The notes beneath the pieces are model-generated. The model ran no database searches. It saw only the letters and a program-made list of their open reading frames with translations, and had not been told where the DNA came from. A stretch of DNA of 32,000 nt from Cylindrospermopsis raciborskii Cr2010 (GTDB lineage: Bacteria > Cyanobacteriota > Cyanobacteriia > Cyanobacteriales > Nostocaceae), in assembly GCF_003367075.2 (NCBI RefSeq), contig NZ_CP065936.1, forward strand, positions 1,080,001 to 1,112,000, written 5' to 3'. Below, one piece after another: positions 1-10,060 of the stretch (the stretch's first letter is position 1; every line of letters starts with the position of its first letter). The translations under genes and the position numbers were made by a program.

Positions 1-807
1 ACCCGAGTGCGAGGTTTTACCGTGGACGATTCCCATTTATTTGTCACACCAGAGCAATTAGATGAAGAGTTTTTAAACGTTGTGGATTTAATCTTGACCG
101 TATTTAGAATGTTACAACTGAAAAATTTTAAAGCGAGATTGAGTTTTAGAGATCCGACCAGTGATAAATACATTGGTGGGGACGAAGTTTGGGATAAAGC
201 AGAGGGAGCAATTCGTCGTGCGGTGCAGCAGTTGGGAATGGATCACTTTGAGGGTATAGGGGAAGCAGCTTTTTATGGTCCAAAACTGGACTTTATCTTC
301 AGCGATGTTTTAGAAAGAGAATGGCAATTGGGAACAGTACAGGTGGACTACAATCTACCGGAAAGGTTTGACCTAGAATATGTAGCAGAGGATGGGTCAC
401 GAAAACGCCCAGTTATGATTCACCGAGCTCCCTTTGGTTCCCTAGAAAGACTGATTGGCATTTTAATTGAGGAATATGCAGGGGATTTTCCTCTCTGGTT
501 AGCACCAATACAAATTCGACTCCTACCAGTTGGTGAACAACAAATTGAGTTCACCAAAGAAGTAGCTGGGAAAATGACAGAGCTGGGAATTAGAGCCCAA
601 GCAGACCTAAGTGGCGATCGCCTGGCCAAATTAATCCGCAATGGGGAGAAAGATAAAATACCCGTGATGGCGGTAGTAGGTGCTAAAGAGGTGGAAAGTA
701 ATTCTTTGAGTATTCGCACCCGTGCATCTGGTGAACTGGGGGTAATACCCGTCGAAAAAGTTGTGGAGAAAATGCAGGATTCCATAATCAACTATAGCAA
801 CTTTTAG
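1..807 (+). CDS. thrS: Threonine--tRNA ligase, C-terminal part (5' end lies outside the window)
   Basis: The ORF is open from base 1 in frame 1. The translation (FTVDDSHLFVTPEQL..., HRAPFGSLERLIGILIEEYAGDFPLWLAP, then an anticodon-binding-like tail) matches the class II ThrRS catalytic core and C-terminal domain. Confidence 0.9.
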   Translation, partial: TRVRGFTVDDSHLFVTPEQLDEEFLNVVDLILTVFRMLQLKNFKARLSFRDPTSDKYIGGDEVWDKAEGAIRRAVQQLGMDHFEGIGEAAFYGPKLDFIFSDVLEREWQLGTVQVDYNLPERFDLEYVAEDGSRKRPVMIHRAPFGSLERLIGILIEEYAGDFPLWLAPIQIRLLPVGEQQIEFTKEVAGKMTELGIRAQADLSGDRLAKLIRNGEKDKIPVMAVVGAKEVESNSLSIRTRASGELGVIPVEKVVEKMQDSIINYSNF

Positions 808-829
808 GACGGGGGTTGTAAAGGTTCTA

Positions 830-2470
830 CTACCTGAGATTTGCCAAGGCGTAAATACTGGGAGAACTTTGGGAGATAACAGTATAAGATTGACGAATAT
901 GGGCATTGACAGCCACGGTTTTAGCATCATACATTTGCATAAATACCTTGGGATATAAACCAATGCCAATAATTAATACCAGGAAACAACCTGCTATAAA
1001 CACTTCCCTAGGTTTGGCATCACTGTAAATTGACTGATTAGGTAAAAGACAATCAGTACCAAAACAGGCGGTTCCTTCGTCTTCCTGATTCTCCACTCCC
1101 GCACTAGTGATATCGCATGTCAAAGCTGCATCTTTACCATAAAATACCTGACGTAACATGGAAAGCAGATAAATCGGTGTAAGAATAACACCCACAGCTG
1201 CGAGGAAAACTGTCACTGTACAGAAAGTGGATGTATAAACATCACTAGTGGTTACACCCACAAATACGGAAAGCTCTCCCACAAAACCACTCATTCCCGG
1301 TAAAGCTAGAGAAGCCATCGCACCCATGGTAAACAATGCAAATACTACGGGCATAGCTTGACCAACACCGCCCATATCCTTCATTACCATGGTATGAGTA
1401 CGATCATAAGTAACACCAGCTAAAAAGAAGAGAACGGAGGCAATTAATCCATGGGATAGCATTTGTAGCATTGCTCCATTCATACCCAAATCGGTAAAGG
1501 AAGCCAAACCGAGGAGGACAAAACCCATGTGAGAAATGGATGAGAAAGCCAAACGTCGTTTCATATTCGTTTGGGCAAAGGAGTTTAATGCACCATAGAT
1601 AATATTCACCACGCCCAGGACTGCTATTACTGGTGCAAAATAAATGTGAGCATCCGGTAATAATTCCATGTTAAGGCGAATTAATCCATAACCACCCATT
1701 TTGAGCAGCACTCCTGCCAAAATCATTGACACAGGAGAAGATGCTTCACCATGTGCATCTGGTAACCAGGTATGTAGGGGGAAAATTGCTAACTTGACTC
1801 CAAAAGCAATAAACAGTCCTGCATACAGCAGTAATTGTAGGGTAAGAGGGTAGTTTTTGGTAGCTAGGTCGCTAACATCAAAACTGAGATTATCTCCACC
1901 GTATAAACCCATGGCCAGAGCAGCTATGAGGATAAATATGGAAGCAGCTGCGGTGTATATGATAAACTTTGTAGCAGCGTAACGTCTTCTTTGACCACCC
2001 CAAATAGAAACTAATAGATATACGGGAATTAGTTCCACTTCCCACATGATGAAGAATAACAACAAGTCCTTAGCAACAAATACTCCTATTTGTGCTGCAT
2101 ATAACACCAACATCAAGGAGTAAAATAGGCGTGGTCTACGGTCTACTTGCCAAGCAGAAAACATAGAAAGGGTGGTCACAAACCCCGCCAACAGTACCAA
2201 AGGTGCAGAAATACCATCTACTGCTACTGCCCATTTGAGTCCCAGTATGGGCATCCAATTATAACTCTCTACTAGTTGAAAACCTGTATTAAGTGAATTG
2301 TAGTGTGTCCAGAAGGCATAACAAATTAATGCAAAATCAGTAATAGCTACACCTAACGCATACCAGCGAACCGTTTTACCGTCCTTATCTGGTATTAGGG
2401 GTATCAAGCAAGCTGCTAGTAGGGGGAAGACGATAATCGTCGTCAACCAAGGAAAATTATCCACCATCAT
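830..2470 (-). CDS. ndhD: NAD(P)H-quinone oxidoreductase (NDH-1) subunit 4, NdhD1/D2 type
   Basis: A 546-aa polytopic membrane protein. The N-terminus [36 protein letters not shown] and the proton-pumping-subunit core ([11 protein letters not shown]) are typical of cyanobacterial NdhD. Confidence 0.9.
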   Translation of the reverse strand: MMVDNFPWLTTIIVFPLLAACLIPLIPDKDGKTVRWYALGVAITDFALICYAFWTHYNSLNTGFQLVESYNWMPILGLKWAVAVDGISAPLVLLAGFVTTLSMFSAWQVDRRPRLFYSLMLVLYAAQIGVFVAKDLLLFFIMWEVELIPVYLLVSIWGGQRRRYAATKFIIYTAAASIFILIAALAMGLYGGDNLSFDVSDLATKNYPLTLQLLLYAGLFIAFGVKLAIFPLHTWLPDAHGEASSPVSMILAGVLLKMGGYGLIRLNMELLPDAHIYFAPVIAVLGVVNIIYGALNSFAQTNMKRRLAFSSISHMGFVLLGLASFTDLGMNGAMLQMLSHGLIASVLFFLAGVTYDRTHTMVMKDMGGVGQAMPVVFALFTMGAMASLALPGMSGFVGELSVFVGVTTSDVYTSTFCTVTVFLAAVGVILTPIYLLSMLRQVFYGKDAALTCDITSAGVENQEDEGTACFGTDCLLPNQSIYSDAKPREVFIAGCFLVLIIGIGLYPKVFMQMYDAKTVAVNAHIRQSYTVISQSSPSIYALANLR

Positions 2471-2609
2471 GTCAATAGGGAAAAATACTCATTTGTTTGA
2501 TGATGACATTGTACAAAATTTTGTAACAATGTTTTAACTATTTCCAATAATTTTTTGCGATACCTATCCATAGAAAAATATTACTATCTACTAATCTTAT
2601 AAGAAAGTT

Positions 2610-2846
2610 TTAATCTGTTAAACCTAATTGTTGTTCCATTTTTGGTCTTAACCACTTACCAAATTTAGCATAAAGAGCCGGAATTACGAGTAGAGTTAAA
2701 GCGGTAGAGGTAAATAAACCACCTAAAACTACAATGGTTAAAGGTTGTAAAATTTCACTACCCGCACCCGATGCGATCGCAAGGGGAAACATCCCTAAAA
2801 AAGAAAATAAAGCAATCATTAAAGTTAAAGATACGGGAATTGGCAT
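2610..2846 (-). pseudogene. Remnant of the extreme C-terminus of an RND (CzcA/CusA/AcrB-type) efflux pump
   Basis: The 78-aa ORF (...LAIASGAGSEILQPLTIVVLGGLFTSTALTLLVIPALY...) resembles the last transmembrane helices of roughly 1000-aa RND transporters. An in-frame TAA lies 4 codons upstream of the Met, and no remaining RND sequence is present. Confidence 0.6.
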
Positions 2847-3136
2847 TGATCCTTTTTATCGAATTAATAGCGATCGCTCATAAACATCAAGCAATTTTAA
2901 AATTCGAAAATCAATTACAACGGGGAAGTATTTTTATATTAGAGATGTCCATGTTGAACTTTGATGGTGGATTTATATGCTCTTAACAACTTTCGCTGTT
3001 TGGTAAATCCATGTCCCGAGATCTGGTTCAAAAGTGACTCTTGAAGTCGAAAAAAATATGCTACCATACCACCATAATGGGAGAATAGTAGTCCCGACTC
3101 GTTGGGTAATAGTTCAAAGTTTTCCGTTGTGTCTCC

Positions 3137-4084
3137 ATGTCCATAATTTCTCATGTTATTGTTAAAGTCCCAGCTACCACTGCCAACCTAGGCCCTGGTT
3201 TTGACTGTATTGGTGCGGCACTGCAATTGTACAATGAATTTAAGTTTACCTTAGGTGATTCCAAGTTGTGTATTAAGGTTCACGGTAAGGAAGCAGAAAA
3301 GGTTCAAACTGATAGCAGTAATTTAATTTATCAAGCATTTGTTAAGCTGTATGAGCGTATAAATAAAACACCCCCAGGCGTGGAAATTGAGATTAATTTA
3401 GGTATTCCCCTAGCCAGGGGTTTAGGTAGTTCGGCCACGGCCATAGTGGGGGGACTAGTGGGGGGTAACATTCTAGCTGATTCACCCCTATCCCCAGAGG
3501 AAGTAATCAAATTAGCCATTGAAATGGAGGGTCACCCGGATAACGTTGTTCCTGCCTTTTTGGGGGGATGTCAGCTAGCAGCTACTAGCAGCAGAGGTTG
3601 GGAAATTTGTCCAGTGCATTGGCATCCTGAGATTATACCAGTAGTAGCCATCCCCGATTTTGAATTATCAACATCCCAAGCCCGCAAAGTTTTGCCGATA
3701 GAAATTAGTCGTGACGATGCAATTTTTAATACTTCCCATTTTGGTTTGTTGTTGCAGGCCCTAGCTAGCAATCAGAAAGAATGGTTACAAGCTGCCTTAA
3801 AAGACAAATTGCATCAACCCTACCGTCAATCTCTAATTCCCGGTTATGATGATGTGGAAAGTGCTGTGATAGAAGCTGGTGCTTATGGTATGGTAATTAG
3901 TGGAGCAGGTCCAACCTTATTAGCTCTAACAGACAGCGCGCACTCCCCTAAAGTAGTTCAAGCCATGACCCATGCTTGGGCAAAAGTGGGGATAACATGC
4001 ACAGTGTTACCCCTTCCTATTGATATTAATGGCATAAGCTTTGACTTCTCCCCGCTCTCCCCCACACAAAGACAAAAAAGATGA
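3137..4084 (+). CDS. thrB: Homoserine kinase
   Basis: The N-terminal VKVPATTANLGPGFDCIGAAL and the GHMP-kinase motif PLARGLGSSATAIVGG are present, and the length of 315 aa fits. Confidence 0.9.
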   Translation: MSIISHVIVKVPATTANLGPGFDCIGAALQLYNEFKFTLGDSKLCIKVHGKEAEKVQTDSSNLIYQAFVKLYERINKTPPGVEIEINLGIPLARGLGSSATAIVGGLVGGNILADSPLSPEEVIKLAIEMEGHPDNVVPAFLGGCQLAATSSRGWEICPVHWHPEIIPVVAIPDFELSTSQARKVLPIEISRDDAIFNTSHFGLLLQALASNQKEWLQAALKDKLHQPYRQSLIPGYDDVESAVIEAGAYGMVISGAGPTLLALTDSAHSPKVVQAMTHAWAKVGITCTVLPLPIDINGISFDFSPLSPTQRQKR

Positions 4085-4259
4085 TCTTACCTATCAATAC
4101 CATTATGAGTTAGGATGATAAGTTAGCATTTCTTTGATGAAATATCGCTATTAAATTGTTGAAATTTTATGGACAAAAGTCCACCAGATAGCAGTAGTAT
4201 CCTCTCCTAAGTTGGCGAGATTGTCTCCCGCTGTAGGGGGGGACATAAGGAGGTGAATC

Positions 4260-5609
4260 GTGCTAACACAAGATGTTCGCAACGCTTTGGATGTTGCTGA
4301 CCTAAATAAACTCAAATATGATTTGAATAGTCTGCAACCTGTAGACGTAGGAGAGTATATTTCAGAATTGCCAGAACAACAAAGGGCGATCGCTTTTAGG
4401 TTGTTGAATAAAAATCAGGCCATTGATGTTTTTGAGTACTTACCTACGGATGTGCAGGAGGAATTGATTAATTCCTTACATGATGTTCAGGTGGTACATC
4501 TGGTAGAAGAAATGAGTCCTGATGAGAGGGCGTATTTATTTGATGAATTACCTGCAGGGGTGGTTAAAAGACTATTACAACAACTTAGTCCAGAACAAAG
4601 ACAAGCAACTGCGACAATTCTGGGATATCCCGAAGGTACTGCAGGTAGGGTAATGACCACAGAGTATGTGCGTTTGCGTCAAGGGTTAACAGTGGGGGAA
4701 GCATTAAGTAAAATTCGTCTTCAAGATGAGGATAAGGAAACTATTTACTATGCTTATGTGACTGATGACAACCGTAAGTTAGTGAGCGTGGTTTCCTTGC
4801 GTCAATTGTTATTTACCTTTCCAGAAGTTTTCATCAGGGATATTGCTAGTTCTCAGGTAGTAAAAGTAACTACTGAAACTTCCCAAGAAGAAGTGGCGCG
4901 GATCATGCAGCGTTATGATTTAATAGCCATACCTGTGGTAGATCGGGAGGATAGATTAGTAGGAATTATTACTATTGATGATGTGGTTGATATTTTACAA
5001 GAGGAGGCCACGGAGGATATTCAAAAATTGGCAGCGGTAAGTGGCGATGAAGAGGCTTTATCCCCACCCCATTTGACCATTCGCAAACGCTTACCCTGGT
5101 TATTAGGTATCATGGCATTGTATATTGGTGCAGCTAGTGCGATCGCTCCCTTTCAGCGGGTAATTGCAGCGGTTCCGGTTTTAGCGGTGATTATGCCCAT
5201 ATTTTCTAATACTGGGGGGACTGTGGGTATTCAGGCTTTAACTGTGACCATTCGGGGTTTAGGTGTAGGGGAGGTGACCACAAAGGATGCTGGGAAAATT
5301 TTGCGGAAGGAACTAATAGCGGGTTTGGGAACCGCTTTAGCCTTAGGTTCAACCATGATTCTACTTTCTTTGATTTGGGCAAAACCCGATGAAAAGTGGG
5401 TAGCTTTAATTGCTGGTGTGGTAATGGCCACCAACACCATGGTTGCTGTGAGTTTGGGGACTTTATTACCTATGGGATTACAAAGGCTAAAATTAGATCC
5501 AGCTTTAATGAGTGGTCCACTGGTGACAACTATGTTGGATACTATTGGTTTTTTAACCTTCTTGAGCATGATTTCCCTTGCTTTGAAAGTATTTAATTTA
5601 AGCTATTAG
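4260..5609 (+). CDS. mgtE: Magnesium transporter MgtE
   Basis: A GTG start is preceded by AGGAGG. An MgtE N-domain, tandem CBS domains ([23 protein letters not shown]) and a C-terminal five-helix membrane domain are present. Confidence 0.9.
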   Translation: MLTQDVRNALDVADLNKLKYDLNSLQPVDVGEYISELPEQQRAIAFRLLNKNQAIDVFEYLPTDVQEELINSLHDVQVVHLVEEMSPDERAYLFDELPAGVVKRLLQQLSPEQRQATATILGYPEGTAGRVMTTEYVRLRQGLTVGEALSKIRLQDEDKETIYYAYVTDDNRKLVSVVSLRQLLFTFPEVFIRDIASSQVVKVTTETSQEEVARIMQRYDLIAIPVVDREDRLVGIITIDDVVDILQEEATEDIQKLAAVSGDEEALSPPHLTIRKRLPWLLGIMALYIGAASAIAPFQRVIAAVPVLAVIMPIFSNTGGTVGIQALTVTIRGLGVGEVTTKDAGKILRKELIAGLGTALALGSTMILLSLIWAKPDEKWVALIAGVVMATNTMVAVSLGTLLPMGLQRLKLDPALMSGPLVTTMLDTIGFLTFLSMISLALKVFNLSY

Positions 5610-5631
5610 GCAGTATCATTTTCAGTTTAAC

Positions 5632-6633
5632 ATGTCAACGCCCGCAAGTAATTGGAATCGTCATCATATTCTTTCTCTAGCTGATTTTACTGTAAATGAA
5701 TATAATGCTGTTTTACAAACAGCAGCTTCATTTAAAGAAGTGTTATCACGGCGAACTAAAAAAGTCCCAACTTTACAAGGACAAGTGGTAGCCAATCTCT
5801 TTTTTGAACCTTCCACCCGCACCAGAAGTAGTTTTGAAATAGCTGCTAAAAGGCTAAGTGCAGATACTCTAAATTTCTCTAGTTCTAGTTCCTCTATGAC
5901 CAAGGGAGAAACAATTTTAGATACGGCTAAAACCTATTTAGCCATGGGTACAGATATTATGGTAATTCGCCATAAAGAAGCAGGAGTACCACAGGCGATC
6001 GCCCGGGAAATGGATCGTTTAGGTGTAAAAGTTAGTGTATTAAATGCTGGTGATGGACAACATGAACATCCCTCCCAAGGACTATTAGATTTATTCACCA
6101 TTTGTAGTTTAATTGATCCAGAACAACCCAAAATTGCATCTTTAGCAGGTAAAAAGATTGCTATTGTAGGTGACATTTTACACTCACGGGTTGCCCGGTC
6201 TAATATTTGGAGTTTGACCACCAGTGGTGCCCAAGTACATCTAGCAGCACCACCCACCTTATTACCCAAATACTTTAGTGAATATGTAGGATCACGGGAA
6301 AATTCCCAGAATTTATTCATCCATTGGCAATTAGATCCAGCTTTAGAGGATGCTGACTTTGTCATGACTTTGAGGTTGCAAAAAGAGAGGATGACTGGTA
6401 ACCTGTTGCCCAGTTTAAGAGAGTATCATCAACTATTTGGCATTACCAGGCAAAGATTAAAAGCTTGTAAATCTCAAGTAAAAGTACTACATCCAGGTCC
6501 AGTGAATAGGGGTGTGGAAATCAGTTCAGATTTAATGGACGATCCAAAATTCAGCCTAATTCAAGATCAGGTGACCAGTGGTGTAGCTGTGCGCATGGCA
6601 CTATTGTATTTTATCGGTGGTGCGAAAGGGTAG
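5632..6633 (+). CDS. pyrB: Aspartate carbamoyltransferase catalytic subunit
   Basis: The carbamoyl-phosphate motif STRTRSSFE, the HPSQ motif and the HPGPVNRG motif are present. The protein is 333 aa. Confidence 0.92.
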   Translation: MSTPASNWNRHHILSLADFTVNEYNAVLQTAASFKEVLSRRTKKVPTLQGQVVANLFFEPSTRTRSSFEIAAKRLSADTLNFSSSSSSMTKGETILDTAKTYLAMGTDIMVIRHKEAGVPQAIAREMDRLGVKVSVLNAGDGQHEHPSQGLLDLFTICSLIDPEQPKIASLAGKKIAIVGDILHSRVARSNIWSLTTSGAQVHLAAPPTLLPKYFSEYVGSRENSQNLFIHWQLDPALEDADFVMTLRLQKERMTGNLLPSLREYHQLFGITRQRLKACKSQVKVLHPGPVNRGVEISSDLMDDPKFSLIQDQVTSGVAVRMALLYFIGGAKG

Positions 6634-6697
6634 AAATAGTAGTACCCCAAATACAAAAATGGTAAGATAGAAAAGGCCAAATCCAAACACAACGACA

Positions 6698-9136
6698 ATG
6701 CGTATCTCTTTCAATTGGTTACGGGAACTTGTAGAAATTAAACTAACTCCGGAAGAACTAGCTCATACCCTAACAATGGCGGGGTTTGAGGTAGAGGGTA
6801 TAGAGGATCGTCGCACTTGGGCGAATGGAGTTGTCGTAGGAAAAGTTCTAAAACGGGAACAGCATCCAAACGCGGATAAATTAAGTGTTTGCACAGTAGA
6901 TATAGGCGGCGAGGAAACACTTAATATTGTTTGTGGTGCATCAAATGTGTGTGCTGATATTTATGTACCGGTTGCGACCAAGGGGACTTATTTACCCAAT
7001 ATTGATTTAAAAATCAAACCGACCAAGCTCAGAGGTGTACCCTCCAATGGGATGATTTGTTCATTAAAAGAATTGGGTTTACCCACAGAGATAGACGGGA
7101 TTCATATTTTTAGAGAAGAGGGTTTAACCCTGGGTAGGGAGGTAGGTCCCCTTCTAGGTTTGGACGATGTGATTTTAGATGTCACAGCTACCGCTAATCG
7201 TGCAGATGCTTTATCCATGGTAGGGATTGCCAGGGAAGTTGCAGCATTAACGGGTGGAAAGCTATCCCTTCCTCAACTAACAGGAGTAGAAATTACCCCC
7301 AGCACAGCACAAAAAATCCGGGTGAAAATTTCTGAACAGCACGCTTGTCCTCTATATATTGGTACCCTAATAGAAAATGTGAAAATTGCCCCTTCTCCTG
7401 AATGGTTGCAAAGGCGTTTAATTGCTGCGGGTGTACGTCCAATTAACAACATAGTAGATATTACAAACTATGTATTATTAGAAAGAGGACAGCCTCTACA
7501 CGCCTTTGATAAACAAAGATTAGAGCAGGTAGGTCAGGGAACAGATGTAACTATTGGGGTGAGATTTGCTCAAGGTGGAGAAACTCTCCAAACCCTAGAT
7601 GGACAAACCCGGAACCTATCTACTCAGAACTTATTAATTACTGCTAACAATCAACCTGTAGCTCTAGCAGGAGTTATGGGTGGTGAAGAAACAGAAATTC
7701 ATCCAGGTACAACCAGTTTATTTTTAGAAGCTGCACTGTTCAACTCAGTGGCTATTCGTCGTTCTTCTCGCAGTGTAGGTTTAAGAAGTGAAGCATCGGG
7801 AAGATACGAAAGAGGAGTTAATTGGGCAGAATTAGCAACAGCTTCTGATCGAGCTTTATCTCTGATGCAGGAGTTAGCAGATGCTAAAGTTGTTCATCAA
7901 GAAATTGCTGATTACCGTCCTGATAATGCTCTAAAGAATCATCCTATTATTTTGCGACTAGAGAGAATTAATCAAGTGTTAGGTCCCATTGATTTGGGCG
8001 TAGAAACGGGAGAGTTAAAAGCAGCAGATGTGGAAAAGATTCTCACAGCTTTAGGATGTGAACTAACTGATAATCAGGATGGTAGTTGGCAAGTAAAAGT
8101 GCCATCCTATCGCTATTCCGATTTAGAAAGGGAAATTGATTTAATTGAGGAAATTGCCCGACTTTACGGTTATGATAACTTTGTTGATACTCTACCCGAA
8201 AAAACTGAACCAGGTTATTTACCCTTAGACCAGGAACTAGTGCGAAAATTACGCAGTTATTTAAGAGCAGAGGGTTTAACAGAGTTAATGCACTACTCCT
8301 TGGTCAAACCCGGTGAAGACAGGCAAATTCTTTTAAATAATCCTTTATTTGCCGAATATTCAGCCCTGAGAACCGATTTAATTTCTGGTTTAATTGATGC
8401 TTTTGAATATAATCTACAGCAAGGAAATGGGGCGTTAAATGGTTTTGAAATTGGCACCATTTTCTCCAGAGAAGAAGAAGGACTAGAAGAATCTCAAGTC
8501 ATTGCAGGAATTATAGGAGGTGATACCACCGTCGGTAGATGGTTCAATGGGGGAAAAGAAAATCCCATGACCTGGTTCGCAGCAAAAGGTATTTTAGAAA
8601 ACGTCTTTCAACAACTGGGACTGGAGGTAGAATTTCAACCGGAAAATCGAGATAGACGTTTACATCCCGGAAGGACAGCTTCCTTATGGTTAGGAGGAGC
8701 TAGACTGGGAACCTTTGGACAAGTTCATCCCCAACTCAGACGAGAAAAGAGTTTACCAGATGCAGTTTATGTCTTCCAATTAGATTTGGATACCTTACTC
8801 AGTACCCTGGATAATGATGAACTATTGACTCCTAAATTTAAACCCTATTCTACCTACCCCGCAAGCGATCGCGATTTGGCGTTTTTCGCGTCTGTAAAAG
8901 TTACGGTTGGGGAGATTGAAAAAGTAATTACTAAAGCTGGTAAGGGGTTGCTAGAGTCTGTAGAGGTTTTTGACGAATACAGAGGTGAAAATGTCCCCAT
9001 AGGACAAAGAAGTTTAGCTTTTCGGTTAGTTTATCGTGCGGTTGACCACACTTTAACTGATAATGAGGTTGAACCAGTACACCATAAAATTCGAGAATCC
9101 CTAGTAGAAAAATTCGGTGTTACTTTAAGGAGTTAA
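6698..9136 (+). CDS. pheT: Phenylalanine--tRNA ligase beta subunit
   Basis: The 812-aa protein starts [12 protein letters not shown]. It has a tRNA-binding (EMAP-like) domain, B3/4 and B5 domains, and a C-terminal FDX-ACB-like domain. Confidence 0.93.
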   Translation: MRISFNWLRELVEIKLTPEELAHTLTMAGFEVEGIEDRRTWANGVVVGKVLKREQHPNADKLSVCTVDIGGEETLNIVCGASNVCADIYVPVATKGTYLPNIDLKIKPTKLRGVPSNGMICSLKELGLPTEIDGIHIFREEGLTLGREVGPLLGLDDVILDVTATANRADALSMVGIAREVAALTGGKLSLPQLTGVEITPSTAQKIRVKISEQHACPLYIGTLIENVKIAPSPEWLQRRLIAAGVRPINNIVDITNYVLLERGQPLHAFDKQRLEQVGQGTDVTIGVRFAQGGETLQTLDGQTRNLSTQNLLITANNQPVALAGVMGGEETEIHPGTTSLFLEAALFNSVAIRRSSRSVGLRSEASGRYERGVNWAELATASDRALSLMQELADAKVVHQEIADYRPDNALKNHPIILRLERINQVLGPIDLGVETGELKAADVEKILTALGCELTDNQDGSWQVKVPSYRYSDLEREIDLIEEIARLYGYDNFVDTLPEKTEPGYLPLDQELVRKLRSYLRAEGLTELMHYSLVKPGEDRQILLNNPLFAEYSALRTDLISGLIDAFEYNLQQGNGALNGFEIGTIFSREEEGLEESQVIAGIIGGDTTVGRWFNGGKENPMTWFAAKGILENVFQQLGLEVEFQPENRDRRLHPGRTASLWLGGARLGTFGQVHPQLRREKSLPDAVYVFQLDLDTLLSTLDNDELLTPKFKPYSTYPASDRDLAFFASVKVTVGEIEKVITKAGKGLLESVEVFDEYRGENVPIGQRSLAFRLVYRAVDHTLTDNEVEPVHHKIRESLVEKFGVTLRS

Positions 9137-9190
9137 ATCCCTAGGGAGCAGGTTAAGCTTCACAACTACAAATACCAGAGGAAAAAGATC

Positions 9191-9460
9191 ATGGCAAAAT
9201 ATATTATGTGGGGTAGTTATTGCGAAGAGGTTTTAACTAAACGGGAACCCTATCGTCAAGCACACCTAGAGGGACTGGCAAAACAAAAGGATGCGGGAAT
9301 ACTAATTACCATAGGTCCCACCAAGGATATTACTAAGGTCTTTGGTATTTATGAAGCTGAGAGCGAAAATGCTGTGAGTCAACTCATAGAAGCTGACCCT
9401 TATTGGAAAAATGGTATTTGGACAGAGTATATAGTTAAAGAGTGGATTCAAGCTTTTTAA
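9191..9460 (+). CDS. YciI-like small protein
   Basis: The 89-aa ORF has a YciI-type pattern (R.PYRQAHLEGL..., ...DPYWKNGIW....V.EW). An RBS-like GAGGAAA lies upstream. Confidence 0.55.
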   Translation: MAKYIMWGSYCEEVLTKREPYRQAHLEGLAKQKDAGILITIGPTKDITKVFGIYEAESENAVSQLIEADPYWKNGIWTEYIVKEWIQAF

Positions 9461-9478
9461 ACCAAATATTCAAAAACT

Positions 9479-9667
9479 TTATCGTTTGAGTGCTCTTTTA
9501 AAATTGCGCCTAAAGGAGGAGTTGGTCAGGTAAAACACTGGCCACAGAAGACTAAATTTTAGGCGATTGAAAAATCCTTGACTGAAATGTGTTCTTTCAA
9601 AACCTAACCAGAATCGCCAAGCGAAAACCAAATAAATAGAGCCAAGTCCAATAATCATTAGTTTCAT
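9479..9667 (-). CDS. Hypothetical small membrane protein
   Basis: The 62-aa ORF has one clear hydrophobic helix (MKLMIIGLGSIYLVFAWRFWLGF) and a basic tail. I recognise no family for it. Confidence 0.35.
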   Translation of the reverse strand: MKLMIIGLGSIYLVFAWRFWLGFERTHFSQGFFNRLKFSLLWPVFYLTNSSFRRNFKRALKR

Positions 9668-9694
9668 CTTTTTACATCCCTGACAGCTCTGTAC

Positions 9695-9727
9695 TGGTAA
9701 TATGGATTCTATGAATCCATATTACCA
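9695..9727. promoter_or_regulatory. Perfect 15-bp-arm palindrome (tGGTAATATGGATTC-tat-GAATCCATATTACCa)
   Basis: Read directly from the sequence. It lies 28 bp upstream of the minus-strand 62-aa ORF. No flanking T-run is present, so it is not a canonical intrinsic terminator. Confidence 0.5.
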
Positions 9728-10060
9728 CCTGTTTGAGCCATTGTCAAGAGTAAAAGGACAAAAATTTTAAGAAATTTGCTACGAGAACACAAAGAATCCC
9801 AGTCCAACTGGATCCTCAGCAAGATAATCATTGTATAATGGTCTGGTGTATAGCCGAGGCGAGCCATGATACCCACCTAGTAGATACTTGCTGAGGAGGA
9901 TGTCAATCATACAATTTTGAGGAGCACATAAGTAAATTTGCTGAACTTTTATAAGATGTCTCTTGTGGAAGTTCCTCAAAGGTCAAAATTAATAGGAGAC
10001 TAGAAGAGCCATATTTTATAACGAATCTATATGCAATTCAGCTAGTATACAGGAGGATTT

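Noticed and set aside
420-969. Minus-strand ORFs of 112-123 aa overlapping thrS
   Set aside because: These are antisense frames of a well-supported gene. The same applies to 3331-3771 (thrB), 5231-5596 (mgtE), 5664-6365 (pyrB), 6738-6920 (pheT), 10566-12380 (NTP-transferase/PMM gene), 13466-13717 (AbiEii), 20142-20375, 27795-27992 and 28115-29283.
2939-3154. A 71-aa minus-strand ORF overlapping the thrB start
   Set aside because: It has no recognisable motif and overlaps the thrB initiation region. It lies in the decayed region next to the RND remnant, so coding is unsupported.
4085-4259. A Mg2+ riboswitch (M-box) in the 175-nt leader of mgtE
   Set aside because: I cannot recognise the M-box consensus helices by eye, and that riboswitch class is not typical of cyanobacteria. 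An Rfam scan would be needed, so I make no claim.
9779-9979. A 66-aa minus-strand ORF in the structured intergenic region
   Set aside because: It has no motif and its composition is atypical for the neighbouring genes. It overlaps inverted repeats that better explain the sequence constraints.
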